Shown here: one piece after another, positions 16,632 through 23,416 of the stretch
Position numbering within the stretch: the first letter of the stretch is position 1
Layout of the letters: every line of letters begins with the position of its first letter
Sequence record: OQ427096.1
Length of the DNA: 64,000 nucleotides
Strand: one strand, 5' to 3'
Notes under the pieces: model-generated
Seen by the model: the letters and a program-made list of their open reading frames with translations, nothing else
Databases searched by the model: none
What the model was told of the DNA's origin: nothing
Program-made: the position numbers and the translations under genes

Positions 16632-16841
16632 ATGTACGTGTATCAAACTTATTATGACTACACCGAAACATATTGTCATCCGAATCCTGAGCAATGGTCG
16701 GAAGAAAGGAAAGTTCTGTGTACTACTCTAGACGAGAGCTTGGCGCAAGAAGTTGCAGCCAAGCACAACGCTGAGAGCAAGGCACACAGGTGGTATAAAG
16801 AATATGCGAGAGTTGAGAAGTTTGAATTGACCTCGCGATAA
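16632..16841 (+). CDS. Hypothetical protein
   Basis: AAGG RBS, ORF 69 aa. Confidence 0.65.
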   Translation: MYVYQTYYDYTETYCHPNPEQWSEERKVLCTTLDESLAQEVAAKHNAESKAHRWYKEYARVEKFELTSR

Positions 16842-16849
16842 AGAATCGC

Positions 16850-16924
16850 TGTTCAGTAGCTCAGTTGGTAGAGCGGCTGCCATTTAGGGCGGCAGGTCGT
16901 GGGTTCGAGACCCACTTGGACGTT
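16850..16924 (+). pseudogene. tRNA-like element with 8-nt anticodon loop, no encoded CCA
   Basis: Canonical D- and T-arms; loop CATTTAGG; wobble-rich acceptor. Confidence 0.65.
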
Positions 16925-17002
16925 AAGCGCTAGGGCGAATTTAAAGTACTCACATACTAGTCCGAGACAGTATCGCCCGGATCCTATAATTGTCAGCAGG
17001 TA

Positions 17003-17482
17003 ATGGTCATGCAGAAGAAAATTGACGTGAAAGCAGTCGAGGCGTTCATGCAGACGCAGAGCCCTGAGACAAAAGTTTATCTTGGAGCAGACTCCGAGAA
17101 GGTAAAAATCAATGGTAAGATGTACGCGGATTACACCGTCGTCATCGTTGTTCACATTGATGGTTGTAAGGGTTGTAAGGTATTCGCCGAGACAACTCGT
17201 GAGGAAGACTACGATAAGGACCCTTCAAAGCCGTTCACTCGGATGATGAAGGAAGCTGAAAAGGTAGCCGAGCTTCACGATCGTTTCAAGGACACCTTCT
17301 ACGACTTCGAGGTTAGTATTCACCTCGACATCAACCCGAAGAAGACGGCAGGTTCAAGTATCGCAATGGAAGCGGCACGTGGTTACGTCAAGGCGATGAC
17401 CATGGTTGATCCTCACTTGAAGCCTGTAGCATTTGCTGGTTCTTATGCTGCGGATCGCGCTAAAGAACTTGGTATGTGCTAA
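17003..17482 (+). CDS. RNase H-like protein, YkuK family
   Basis: VYLGADS..RMMKEAE..IHLDINP..KP.AFAGSYAAD. Confidence 0.88.
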   Translation: MVMQKKIDVKAVEAFMQTQSPETKVYLGADSEKVKINGKMYADYTVVIVVHIDGCKGCKVFAETTREEDYDKDPSKPFTRMMKEAEKVAELHDRFKDTFYDFEVSIHLDINPKKTAGSSIAMEAARGYVKAMTMVDPHLKPVAFAGSYAADRAKELGMC

Positions 17483-17489
17483 GAGATAT

Positions 17490-17575
17490 GCCCCTGTAGG
17501 CGAATTGGTATAGCTACTGGCCTTAGAAGCCAGCGCCGAAAGGCATTGACGGTTCGAGTCCGTCCAGGGGTACCA
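17490..17575 (+). tRNA. tRNA-Leu(TAG)
   Basis: Type II cloverleaf. Confidence 0.95.
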
Positions 17576-17582
17576 AATATGT

Positions 17583-17658
17583 GTCGGAGTAGCTCAGTTG
17601 GTAGAGCGGTAGCTTGAAAAGTTACGCGTCGCAGGTTCGATTCCTGTCTCCGATACCA
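17583..17658 (+). tRNA. tRNA-Phe(GAA)
   Basis: Canonical. Confidence 0.95.
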
Positions 17659-17661
17659 AAA

Positions 17662-17697
17662 CACCGTCACTCAGGTCCCTCGGTGCAAAATAAGGGA
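17662..17697 (+). ncRNA. H-type pseudoknot 1
   Basis: S1 CACCG/CGGTG, S2 TCCCT/AGGGA, no L2, A-rich L3. Confidence 0.55.
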
Positions 17698-17721
17698 ATA
17701 CTCAGGAGAGGAGATTGTAGT

Positions 17722-17907
17722 ATGAAGTTGCCTTCGCGTTTTCAAATCGGTGATAAGGTTCTCGCTGGTCGTCTTGATGGTGGGAGCAAAGGTGAAGTAA
17801 TTGGTGTACACTTCAACCGATACAAAGTATCGTATGATGTGGTCGACGAGTTGACCCAACGTACAAAGAAGCACCTCAGTGAACGGGTTCATCCTGTCAC
17901 AGAGTAA
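17722..17907 (+). CDS. Small SH3-like hypothetical protein
   Basis: GGAG RBS; FQIGDKV..GEVIGV. Confidence 0.7.
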   Translation: MKLPSRFQIGDKVLAGRLDGGSKGEVIGVHFNRYKVSYDVVDELTQRTKKHLSERVHPVTE

Positions 17908-17927
17908 ATACAGATATAAGACAATTT

Positions 17928-18002
17928 GCATCGTTAGCTGAGATGGATTAGCGCTTGCCTGAAGAGCTCGAGAGGTTGGTTCGATACCAACACGATGCAC
18001 CA
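17928..18002 (+). tRNA. tRNA-Phe(GAA), atypical
   Basis: Two mismatches in anticodon stem; CCA. Confidence 0.78.
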
Positions 18003-18017
18003 AACAAAGGAACGTGA

Positions 18018-18266
18018 ATGAGCTTTAAGCCGGTTAATACTTTCGTCATCGTAAAGCGTAGGGAAGAAGATACAACGAGTCAGGGAGGCATCATCATCTC
18101 TGGATCAGTTGATCATAACCTCTTCACTGTTGTGGCCAAGAATGATCTTGTGACATTCGTTGAGCCCGGTGATACGGTAGTAATCAACATTCGCGAAGCA
18201 GCTGAAATCGACGATGTACATTACGCAGTTGATGCAAAGCACATCTTCACCAAGGTTTCTAAGTAA
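18018..18266 (+). CDS. groES: Co-chaperonin GroES-like (gp31-like)
   Basis: FKPVNTFVIVKR..T.SQGGIII..VEPGDTV. Confidence 0.8.
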   Translation: MSFKPVNTFVIVKRREEDTTSQGGIIISGSVDHNLFTVVAKNDLVTFVEPGDTVVINIREAAEIDDVHYAVDAKHIFTKVSK

Positions 18267-18275
18267 GACAGTTTT

Positions 18276-18352
18276 GCCCAGGTGACGGAATTGGTATACG
18301 TACTGTCCTCAGAAGGCAGGTTTTGAGGGTTCGAGTCCCTCTCTGGGTACCA
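18276..18352 (+). tRNA. tRNA-Leu(CAG), short variable loop
   Basis: Leu-type D-loop, 5-nt variable region, A73. Confidence 0.88.
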
Positions 18353-18362
18353 AAGTTTCAGT

Positions 18363-18440
18363 GTTCCACGTGTCGGAATTGGTAGACGAGCCAGACTGTG
18401 AATCTGGAGTTTGCGGGTTCGAGCCCCGTCGTGGTCCCCA
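18363..18440 (+). tRNA. tRNA-His(GTG)
   Basis: G-1:C73; mismatches at pairs 1-2. Confidence 0.85.
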
Positions 18441-18449
18441 AAGTTGATC

Positions 18450-18476
18450 AGGTGATTCGCCACCTTAGAGTGCGAA
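18450..18476 (+). ncRNA. H-type pseudoknot 2
   Basis: S1 AGGTG/CACCT, 1-nt L1, S2 TTCGC/GCGAA. Confidence 0.6.
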
Positions 18477-18486
18477 ATTGAAATAT

Positions 18487-18561
18487 TGCCTGTTAGCTCA
18501 GTGGTAGAGCAATCGCCCGATAAGCGATAGGTCGTCAGTTCGATCCTGACACGGGCAACCA
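18487..18561 (+). tRNA. tRNA-Ile(GAT), C33
   Basis: Loop CC-GAT-AA. Confidence 0.92.
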
Positions 18562-18565
18562 ATAA

Positions 18566-18639
18566 GCCTTCATAGCTCAAAGGTAGAGCACTCGCCCGAT
18601 AAGCGATAGACCTAGGATCGTTACCTAGTGAAGGCACCA
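18566..18639 (+). tRNA. tRNA-Ile(GAT), C33, second copy
   Basis: Loop CC-GAT-AA; T-loop ATCGTTA. Confidence 0.88.
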
Positions 18640-18641
18640 AA

Positions 18642-18832
18642 CCGTTGACGAAACAGCGTAAGGGCGCTAAAGTAGTACGCAACAAGGTATTCTAGTTGGA
18701 GCCTTGCAAAGAGCCGGACTGTTAAAGGTTGCGGCGAGACTAGATTGGTAGCTTAATTAGCTTACGGTGCATCATATGTTGCTAGGGTATGATGACTCAG
18801 AAGCCTTCGGGAACCCTTAACTTAGCTACAAA
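18642..18832 (+). ncRNA. Putative structured ncRNA
   Basis: TCTAGT/ACTAGA, GTAGCT/AGCTAC and CATCATA/TATGATG helices; no ORF. Confidence 0.45.
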
Positions 18833-18838
18833 TTCTAT

Positions 18839-18916
18839 AGCCCAGTCGTTTAGTTGGTCCAAGACGCCGTCCTTTGAAGTCGGTCATCGTAGGTTCGAAT
18901 CCTACCTGGGTTGCCA
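18839..18916 (+). tRNA. tRNA-Gln(TTG)
   Basis: Cloverleaf, G73. Confidence 0.92.
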
Positions 18917-18923
18917 AGTTTGA

Positions 18924-18997
18924 TGCCTCTTAGTTCAATGGTAGAATGTCGCTCTCTGAAAGCGAAGACAACGGATCGATACCGTTAGAGGCTGCCA
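18924..18997 (+). tRNA. tRNA-Gln(CTG)
   Basis: Cloverleaf, G73. Confidence 0.92.
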
Positions 18998-19002
18998 AAT
19001 AT

Positions 19003-19295
19003 GGGACTGTGCCGGATAGCTCCCGGACATTATGATGTGAGTAGGTTAGCCTGACTAGGGTGTTTGGTGCATCAGGCACCATCTGAAAGACTAATCCAAA
19101 GTTGATTGATGCAGGTCCCGCCAGATGCAAAAGTAAGACTAGCCGTTCAAGTCGGTAAGCACATGGTGTGCACCATGCCGCGTTAGGTGTGGAGGAGGCG
19201 TTCGAATCGTCGGTGGTTGCCAGGCCCCTATAGACACTGCTTGCAAGAGGGATTTAAAGTAACCAAATGAGGTCGCTCCTCGCGGAACAGTTCCC
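19003..19295 (+). ncRNA. Putative ~290-nt ncRNA containing a tRNA-like domain (19137-19222)
   Basis: Ends GGGACTGT/ACAGTTCCC pair; internal D-loop, fully paired CATGGT-GTGC-ACCATG arm, TTCGAAT loop, GCCA. Confidence 0.45.
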
Positions 19296-19310
19296 TCGGT
19301 ACTATTCTAT

Positions 19311-19422
19311 GAAGGTTGTAGCTCAAAGGTAGAGCGCCGGGTGTCGGACCCGGGTCAAAGAGTATGAAGTTCGCGCGAACTGTCTGCTCAGGTGCAGGAG
19401 TCGAAGCCTGCCAGCCTTCCCA
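19311..19422 (+). tRNA. Non-canonical tRNA (TCG) with ~40-nt variable arm
   Basis: Acceptor AAGGTTG/CAGCCTT, G-1:C73, loop TG-TCG-GA, 8-nt T-loop, CCA. Confidence 0.65.
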
Positions 19423-19442
19423 CTAATTGATAATTAGAGACG

Positions 19443-19727
19443 ATGAGACAGTTTAACCTTCGAGGTAAGAAGACATATCGTCCTGGCTGTGGTTGTTGCG
19501 TTGTTGAAAACTTCAAGCCAGAAATCATTGACAAGATTCACGCATACGAAATGCGTAATCCAGATGAATTCGCTCTCACAGCAGACGATTTCGATTGTGT
19601 AGAAGATTTTCTCATTTATATTGATGTTCCCGTTGACCAAGTTTGTTATGATAGTTCACACTGCGCTCCCTTCGAAGGCAAGGAAGAAAGCCAAGAAGAA
19701 GGTTGTACCGACAAGGACGCCAGTTAA
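19443..19727 (+). CDS. Hypothetical protein (CGCC motif)
   Basis: ORF after the tRNA-like element; overlaps next ORF by 80 nt. Confidence 0.5.
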   Translation: MRQFNLRGKKTYRPGCGCCVVENFKPEIIDKIHAYEMRNPDEFALTADDFDCVEDFLIYIDVPVDQVCYDSSHCAPFEGKEESQEEGCTDKDAS

Positions 19728-19971
19728 GAAGTTCGTTGAAAAGAAACGACAGTTCATTCCCAAGATCCCCGTTTACCGTGCAGCAGGAACCGAGCACATC
19801 CGATCCCATGGATTGGAGAAGGTGCCGCCTAAACTGGAACGTCCAATCGTGTATCATGGTGATATGGCTGAACGTGAAGCGGCTGCTCAAGATCAAATTG
19901 AGTACCGCGAGCATTTGGTTAGAAACGCTTTCCGTAACGGGAAGGTATCGGCATGCTACATTTCAGGATGA
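19648..19971 (+). CDS. Basic hypothetical protein
   Basis: MIVHTALPSKARKK; lysine-rich. Confidence 0.65.
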   Translation: MIVHTALPSKARKKAKKKVVPTRTPVKKFVEKKRQFIPKIPVYRAAGTEHIRSHGLEKVPPKLERPIVYHGDMAEREAAAQDQIEYREHLVRNAFRNGKVSACYISG

Positions 19972-19974
19972 CCT

Positions 19975-20205
19975 ATGAATACTGTGATTGAAAAGACTGA
20001 CAAGGGTGTGATCAAAGGCGCGGTGTTCATCGTCGCCGGCGATAGGCATTGGGTTGAGGGTAATGTCTACGGCAACCCCAACTTCAAGGATGGCACCTAT
20101 ATCCACACGTCCAAGATTGTTGCAGTTCGTGGACGCCGCATTGAAACCCTGAACTCGTTCTACACTTGCGAGTTCCACGTTGATGGACCTGTTCGCCTAT
20201 GGTAA
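19975..20205 (+). CDS. Hypothetical protein
   Basis: GNVYGNPNFKDGTYIHTSKIV..IETLNSFY, common phage motif. Confidence 0.75.
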   Translation: MNTVIEKTDKGVIKGAVFIVAGDRHWVEGNVYGNPNFKDGTYIHTSKIVAVRGRRIETLNSFYTCEFHVDGPVRLW

Positions 20206-20519
20206 CCCAAGTTCGTATTCTGATTGATGAGTGTGGTGCACCTCTGGATTCCATTGTTGAAGTGACCGAAATCTTGGATGATGGTCACATCATGTATACC
20301 TGGGAAGACATCACCTTCATGGCTTCACCGGAAGCCTGGGCATTGCATTATCCGGATTCTGCATATGGATATGATTCTCAGAGCGCTGGCACAGACATCA
20401 ACTACGAGATTTTGAGAAACGCCGCTGAGCAATTCTTGGTGTTTGTTGAGGAAGAAAAACTCGACGAAGCTGCCATTGATTACTTCTACGACGTGTTCAA
20501 GGAAACTCTCGGTAAGTAG
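20199..20519 (+). CDS. Acidic hypothetical protein
   Basis: Coupled ORF. Confidence 0.7.
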   Translation: MVTQVRILIDECGAPLDSIVEVTEILDDGHIMYTWEDITFMASPEAWALHYPDSAYGYDSQSAGTDINYEILRNAAEQFLVFVEEEKLDEAAIDYFYDVFKETLGK

Positions 20520-20526
20520 AAATATT

Positions 20527-20618
20527 GGAGCGTAACTCAGCCAGGTGGCTGACGCTGTTTGCTAAACAGTTGGGACCCTATGAACGGGTCTGGGGATCGA
20601 GACCTCTGCGCTCCGCCA
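20527..20618 (+). tRNA. tRNA-Ser(GCT)
   Basis: Type II, G73. Confidence 0.93.
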
Positions 20619-20632
20619 ATTTGGATTTGATC

Positions 20633-21151
20633 ATGAAAATCGTGCTGCTTGATCTTGAGCAAACTGTGATCGACGACTGGGAGCACATGAACCTGCTTCC
20701 AGGAAACCTCGATAAGATTCGCTGGGCAATTCAGCACACTGGCTGTAAGCTGGGATTGATGTCCTGGGCTGTATGGAATGAGGTGGACAAAGAGACGTTC
20801 AAGAAGCGCCTGCAAGGTCCACTCGAAGAAGTGCTTGGTATGAAGTTCTCCGAAGATCTTATCTTCTCCATGCACGACTTCTCAGACATAATTCTTAAGC
20901 GACGTCGGAAATGGCTTAGCCGTGATGATATGTTCGACCTGTTTGGCAAGGAAGAGTGTCTACTCCAGCTGCTGAGGCTTGAACACTTCGGAAAGAATGC
21001 TCGCGTTACTCTGATTGATGACGTGGTTGATCACAACATGGAATTCACCAAAGGCGCTTCCAAGGTGCGTTTCATCAACGTGACCAATCCTCAGTACAAG
21101 CATTGGAATATCAATGAAACTGTCCATGACTATGGCAGTTGGAGAGAATGA
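20633..21151 (+). CDS. HAD-superfamily-like protein
   Basis: KIVLLDLEQTVID (DxDxT-like) and LIDD. Confidence 0.6.
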   Translation: MKIVLLDLEQTVIDDWEHMNLLPGNLDKIRWAIQHTGCKLGLMSWAVWNEVDKETFKKRLQGPLEEVLGMKFSEDLIFSMHDFSDIILKRRRKWLSRDDMFDLFGKEECLLQLLRLEHFGKNARVTLIDDVVDHNMEFTKGASKVRFINVTNPQYKHWNINETVHDYGSWRE

Positions 21152-21510
21152 TGGAAGAACTTGCTCCTCAGAAAGGCAATATGCCTGACAGCTTCATCCT
21201 CGTTCGTACATCTGCAGGCGTTCATGTGCTTGGTGGTTGGAGCGGTGGCTATCTCTACGGCGATAGCTGGCGTCTCAGCACTGCATTGAAGCGCGTAGTT
21301 GAGTACGATGGTGATTGGGTAGTTGTTGAAACAAGATCAGGTTCGACCTATGCCCTACCGACACAAGCAGCCATTCGCCGTTATACTTTGACTGTGACGA
21401 CTTCGGGCGTGTTTAACTCGTTCGACCGTCAGGCAAAGGAACAAGGAATCCTCTTTGAAGCGATTCCGGAATCCGAATTCAACGATGTAATCAACCAACT
21501 GGAAAATTGA
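21148..21510 (+). CDS. Conserved phage hypothetical protein
   Basis: VLGGWSGGYLYGDSWRLS..SGSTY. Confidence 0.8.
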   Translation: MMEELAPQKGNMPDSFILVRTSAGVHVLGGWSGGYLYGDSWRLSTALKRVVEYDGDWVVVETRSGSTYALPTQAAIRRYTLTVTTSGVFNSFDRQAKEQGILFEAIPESEFNDVINQLEN

Positions 21511-21512
21511 TC

Positions 21513-21737
21513 ATGAGCAATGCTAAGCTGCAACGTCTGGAAGAAGAGCTGTATGAAAAGCTGCGCGAGATTCAGGATGTCGCTGTAGAGACGAACACCC
21601 CGTTCTCTTTCTCCATCAACTACCATACCTATGATGTGTTCCTCCCGGATCATGAAGATGAAGACATGGTAGAATATCTCAAGGAAGAAGTTGGTGTTGA
21701 AGTTGGTGATTGGGTCAGCTCTAGCGATCGTTGCTAA
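21513..21737 (+). CDS. Acidic protein, W-x-S-S..C family (5)
   Basis: Ends GDWVSSSDRC*. Confidence 0.8.
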   Translation: MSNAKLQRLEEELYEKLREIQDVAVETNTPFSFSINYHTYDVFLPDHEDEDMVEYLKEEVGVEVGDWVSSSDRC

Positions 21738-22213
21738 TGAGAATTGACACTGACCTCTATGAGTTGGTGGAAGGTAGACCAGACGCAGCTTCCATGCTCG
21801 TCTGGGCTGCATCACTGCTCGGGCTAAACGACGTTCCTGAGTCCGAGGAAGTTGAAGCTGCAATTGGTATCTTTGAGGATGCTCGAGAGCAGATCATCGA
21901 GAAACGTGCTAAGGATCGTTTGACCGATATCGTTCGCTACATTGTCCCTCCTCAGTACGATAAAAAATGGGACAAGCGCACGTCGAAGCATCCTGACATT
22001 CCTCGTAATTGGTGGAATGGAGCATTCGTAAAATCGTTTGGCTGGACCAAAGATAGCTTCATTGTTGAAGTTAGTTCCTACGTCGGCAACAACGAGTATG
22101 ATGGGACAACGATTGAGATTCCTCAACATCTCGCTGACGTAAAGAACTTCAATTGGAACCTGCAAGATAAGATTCCTCTTATTGACGCATTCCTAAAAGC
22201 AGCCAACCGCTAA
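21737..22213 (+). CDS. Hypothetical protein
   Basis: TAATG coupling. Confidence 0.7.
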   Translation: MRIDTDLYELVEGRPDAASMLVWAASLLGLNDVPESEEVEAAIGIFEDAREQIIEKRAKDRLTDIVRYIVPPQYDKKWDKRTSKHPDIPRNWWNGAFVKSFGWTKDSFIVEVSSYVGNNEYDGTTIEIPQHLADVKNFNWNLQDKIPLIDAFLKAANR

Positions 22214-22224
22214 ATATCACGTAA

Positions 22225-22313
22225 GGATTGTTAACCAACCGGGGAGTTGGCACCGCTTCGAAAGCGGTAGGTGCCCGAAAGGGCATGGGGATCGAGACCT
22301 CAGCAATCCGCCA
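22225..22313 (+). tRNA. tRNA-Ser(CGA)
   Basis: Type II, G73. Confidence 0.93.
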
Positions 22314-22319
22314 AACAAT

Positions 22320-22406
22320 GGACAGTAAACTAGCCGGGGAGCTAGCGCCGACTTGAAATCGGTAGGCACGTAATGGTGTGGGGATCGAAACCTCTGCTGT
22401 CCGCCA
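22320..22406 (+). tRNA. tRNA-Ser(TGA)
   Basis: Type II, G73. Confidence 0.93.
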
Positions 22407-22420
22407 AACAAGGAAAGATT

Positions 22421-22825
22421 ATGAGTCGTAGTGGACCGATTGAAGCTGTAGAGTACAGAGGTGTCAAGCCTGGTGATCGCTGCATTGTGATGACCACGTC
22501 TACTGGACGTTCGAAGATGCACGCTGGAACCTACCTTGGTCAACGCAAGGGAAATTGTGTCGTCGAGCTTGATTATATCAAGACCATCTTTGTGAATGCC
22601 GAAGGCAAGCATTACGATTGGAATGCTGAGTATAAGCAAAATCCATATCCGAGAGCTCGTTGGAATACTCCTGAGTATCATGCGGAACAGGAACGCTACA
22701 ATTTGAAGAAGAAAGAGCTTCAAGCTGGCTATGAGTACAAGAAGGTCCCGTCTACTCGCCGCTCGACTCTTCAGAACAACAATGTCTATCCTGCGGATAT
22801 GGCACTGAAAGATTTCAAGCTGTAA
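22421..22825 (+). CDS. Hypothetical protein
   Basis: AGGA RBS directly after tRNA. Confidence 0.75.
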   Translation: MSRSGPIEAVEYRGVKPGDRCIVMTTSTGRSKMHAGTYLGQRKGNCVVELDYIKTIFVNAEGKHYDWNAEYKQNPYPRARWNTPEYHAEQERYNLKKKELQAGYEYKKVPSTRRSTLQNNNVYPADMALKDFKL

Positions 22826-22836
22826 ATAGAACATAT

Positions 22837-22923
22837 GGACAGTAATCTGGCTTGGTAGTCAGCACCGCTTGGAAAGCGGTTGGTACCGAAAGGTATGGGA
22901 TTCGATTTCTCTGCTGTCCGCCA
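22837..22923 (+). tRNA. tRNA-Ser(GGA)
   Basis: Type II, G73. Confidence 0.93.
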
Positions 22924-22936
22924 AATAAGGCGAACG

Positions 22937-23131
22937 ATGATTTACGTTGTATTTGATGATACGTATCGCGGTGCACACAAACCATTTCATTCAATTGAGG
23001 CAACTCAAGAGGATGCAGATAGGGTAGTGCATGATTTGAGAGAAACAAGCACATCAACATGTGCAAGAACACTGATCAAATGGAAGGCATTTGAGTTTGG
23101 TCAGACGTTTGAACTACCTAAGCCCTTATAG
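22937..23131 (+). CDS. Hypothetical protein overlapping tRNA-Thr 5' end
   Basis: AAGG RBS; stop TAG lies inside the tRNA. Confidence 0.6.
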   Translation: MIYVVFDDTYRGAHKPFHSIEATQEDADRVVHDLRETSTSTCARTLIKWKAFEFGQTFELPKPL

Positions 23132-23196
23132 CACAGTGGCAGTGCACCTCATTGGTAATGAGGAGGTCGTCGGTTCGATCCCGACTAAGGGCACCA
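23122..23196 (+). tRNA. tRNA-Thr(GGT)
   Basis: Cloverleaf, CCA. Confidence 0.95.
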
Positions 23197-23260
23197 AATA
23201 AAGGAAATGGATATGACTGATACGACAAGCTTCACCGCTGTTGGCGAAGGTTAAAAATCT

Positions 23261-23337
23261 GCGGGTATAATTCAGTCTGGTAGAATGCTTGCTTGCCATG
23301 CAAGTCGTCGCGAGTTCGAATCTCGCTACCCGCTCCA
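23261..23337 (+). tRNA. tRNA-Gly(GCC)
   Basis: Cloverleaf, U73. Confidence 0.95.
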
Positions 23338-23343
23338 GATGTC

Positions 23344-23380
23344 AAAAGCCAGGGCTTTAATCGGTCCTGGCTTTTTCTTT
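23344..23380 (+). terminator. Terminator closing the tRNA island
   Basis: AAAAGCCAGGGC..GTCCTGGCTTTTT. Confidence 0.85.
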
Positions 23381-23416
23381 GGTTGAATAGAAACAGTCTA
23401 CCTATAGGATAAAGCA

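Noticed and set aside
19003-19295. RNase P RNA or tmRNA
   Set aside because: No GAGGAAAGUCC/P4 signature, and no tmRNA-type G3-U70 ends or tag ORF
6242-22828. TAAATA hexamers at 6242, 17905, 22211 and 22823 as late promoters
   Set aside because: Each overlaps a TAA stop codon and lacks the full TATAAATA, so the evidence is not independent
16187-22920. Track ORF starts at 16187, 17614, 20525, 22373 and 22880
   Set aside because: These N-terminal extensions run through tRNA genes; true starts are downstream
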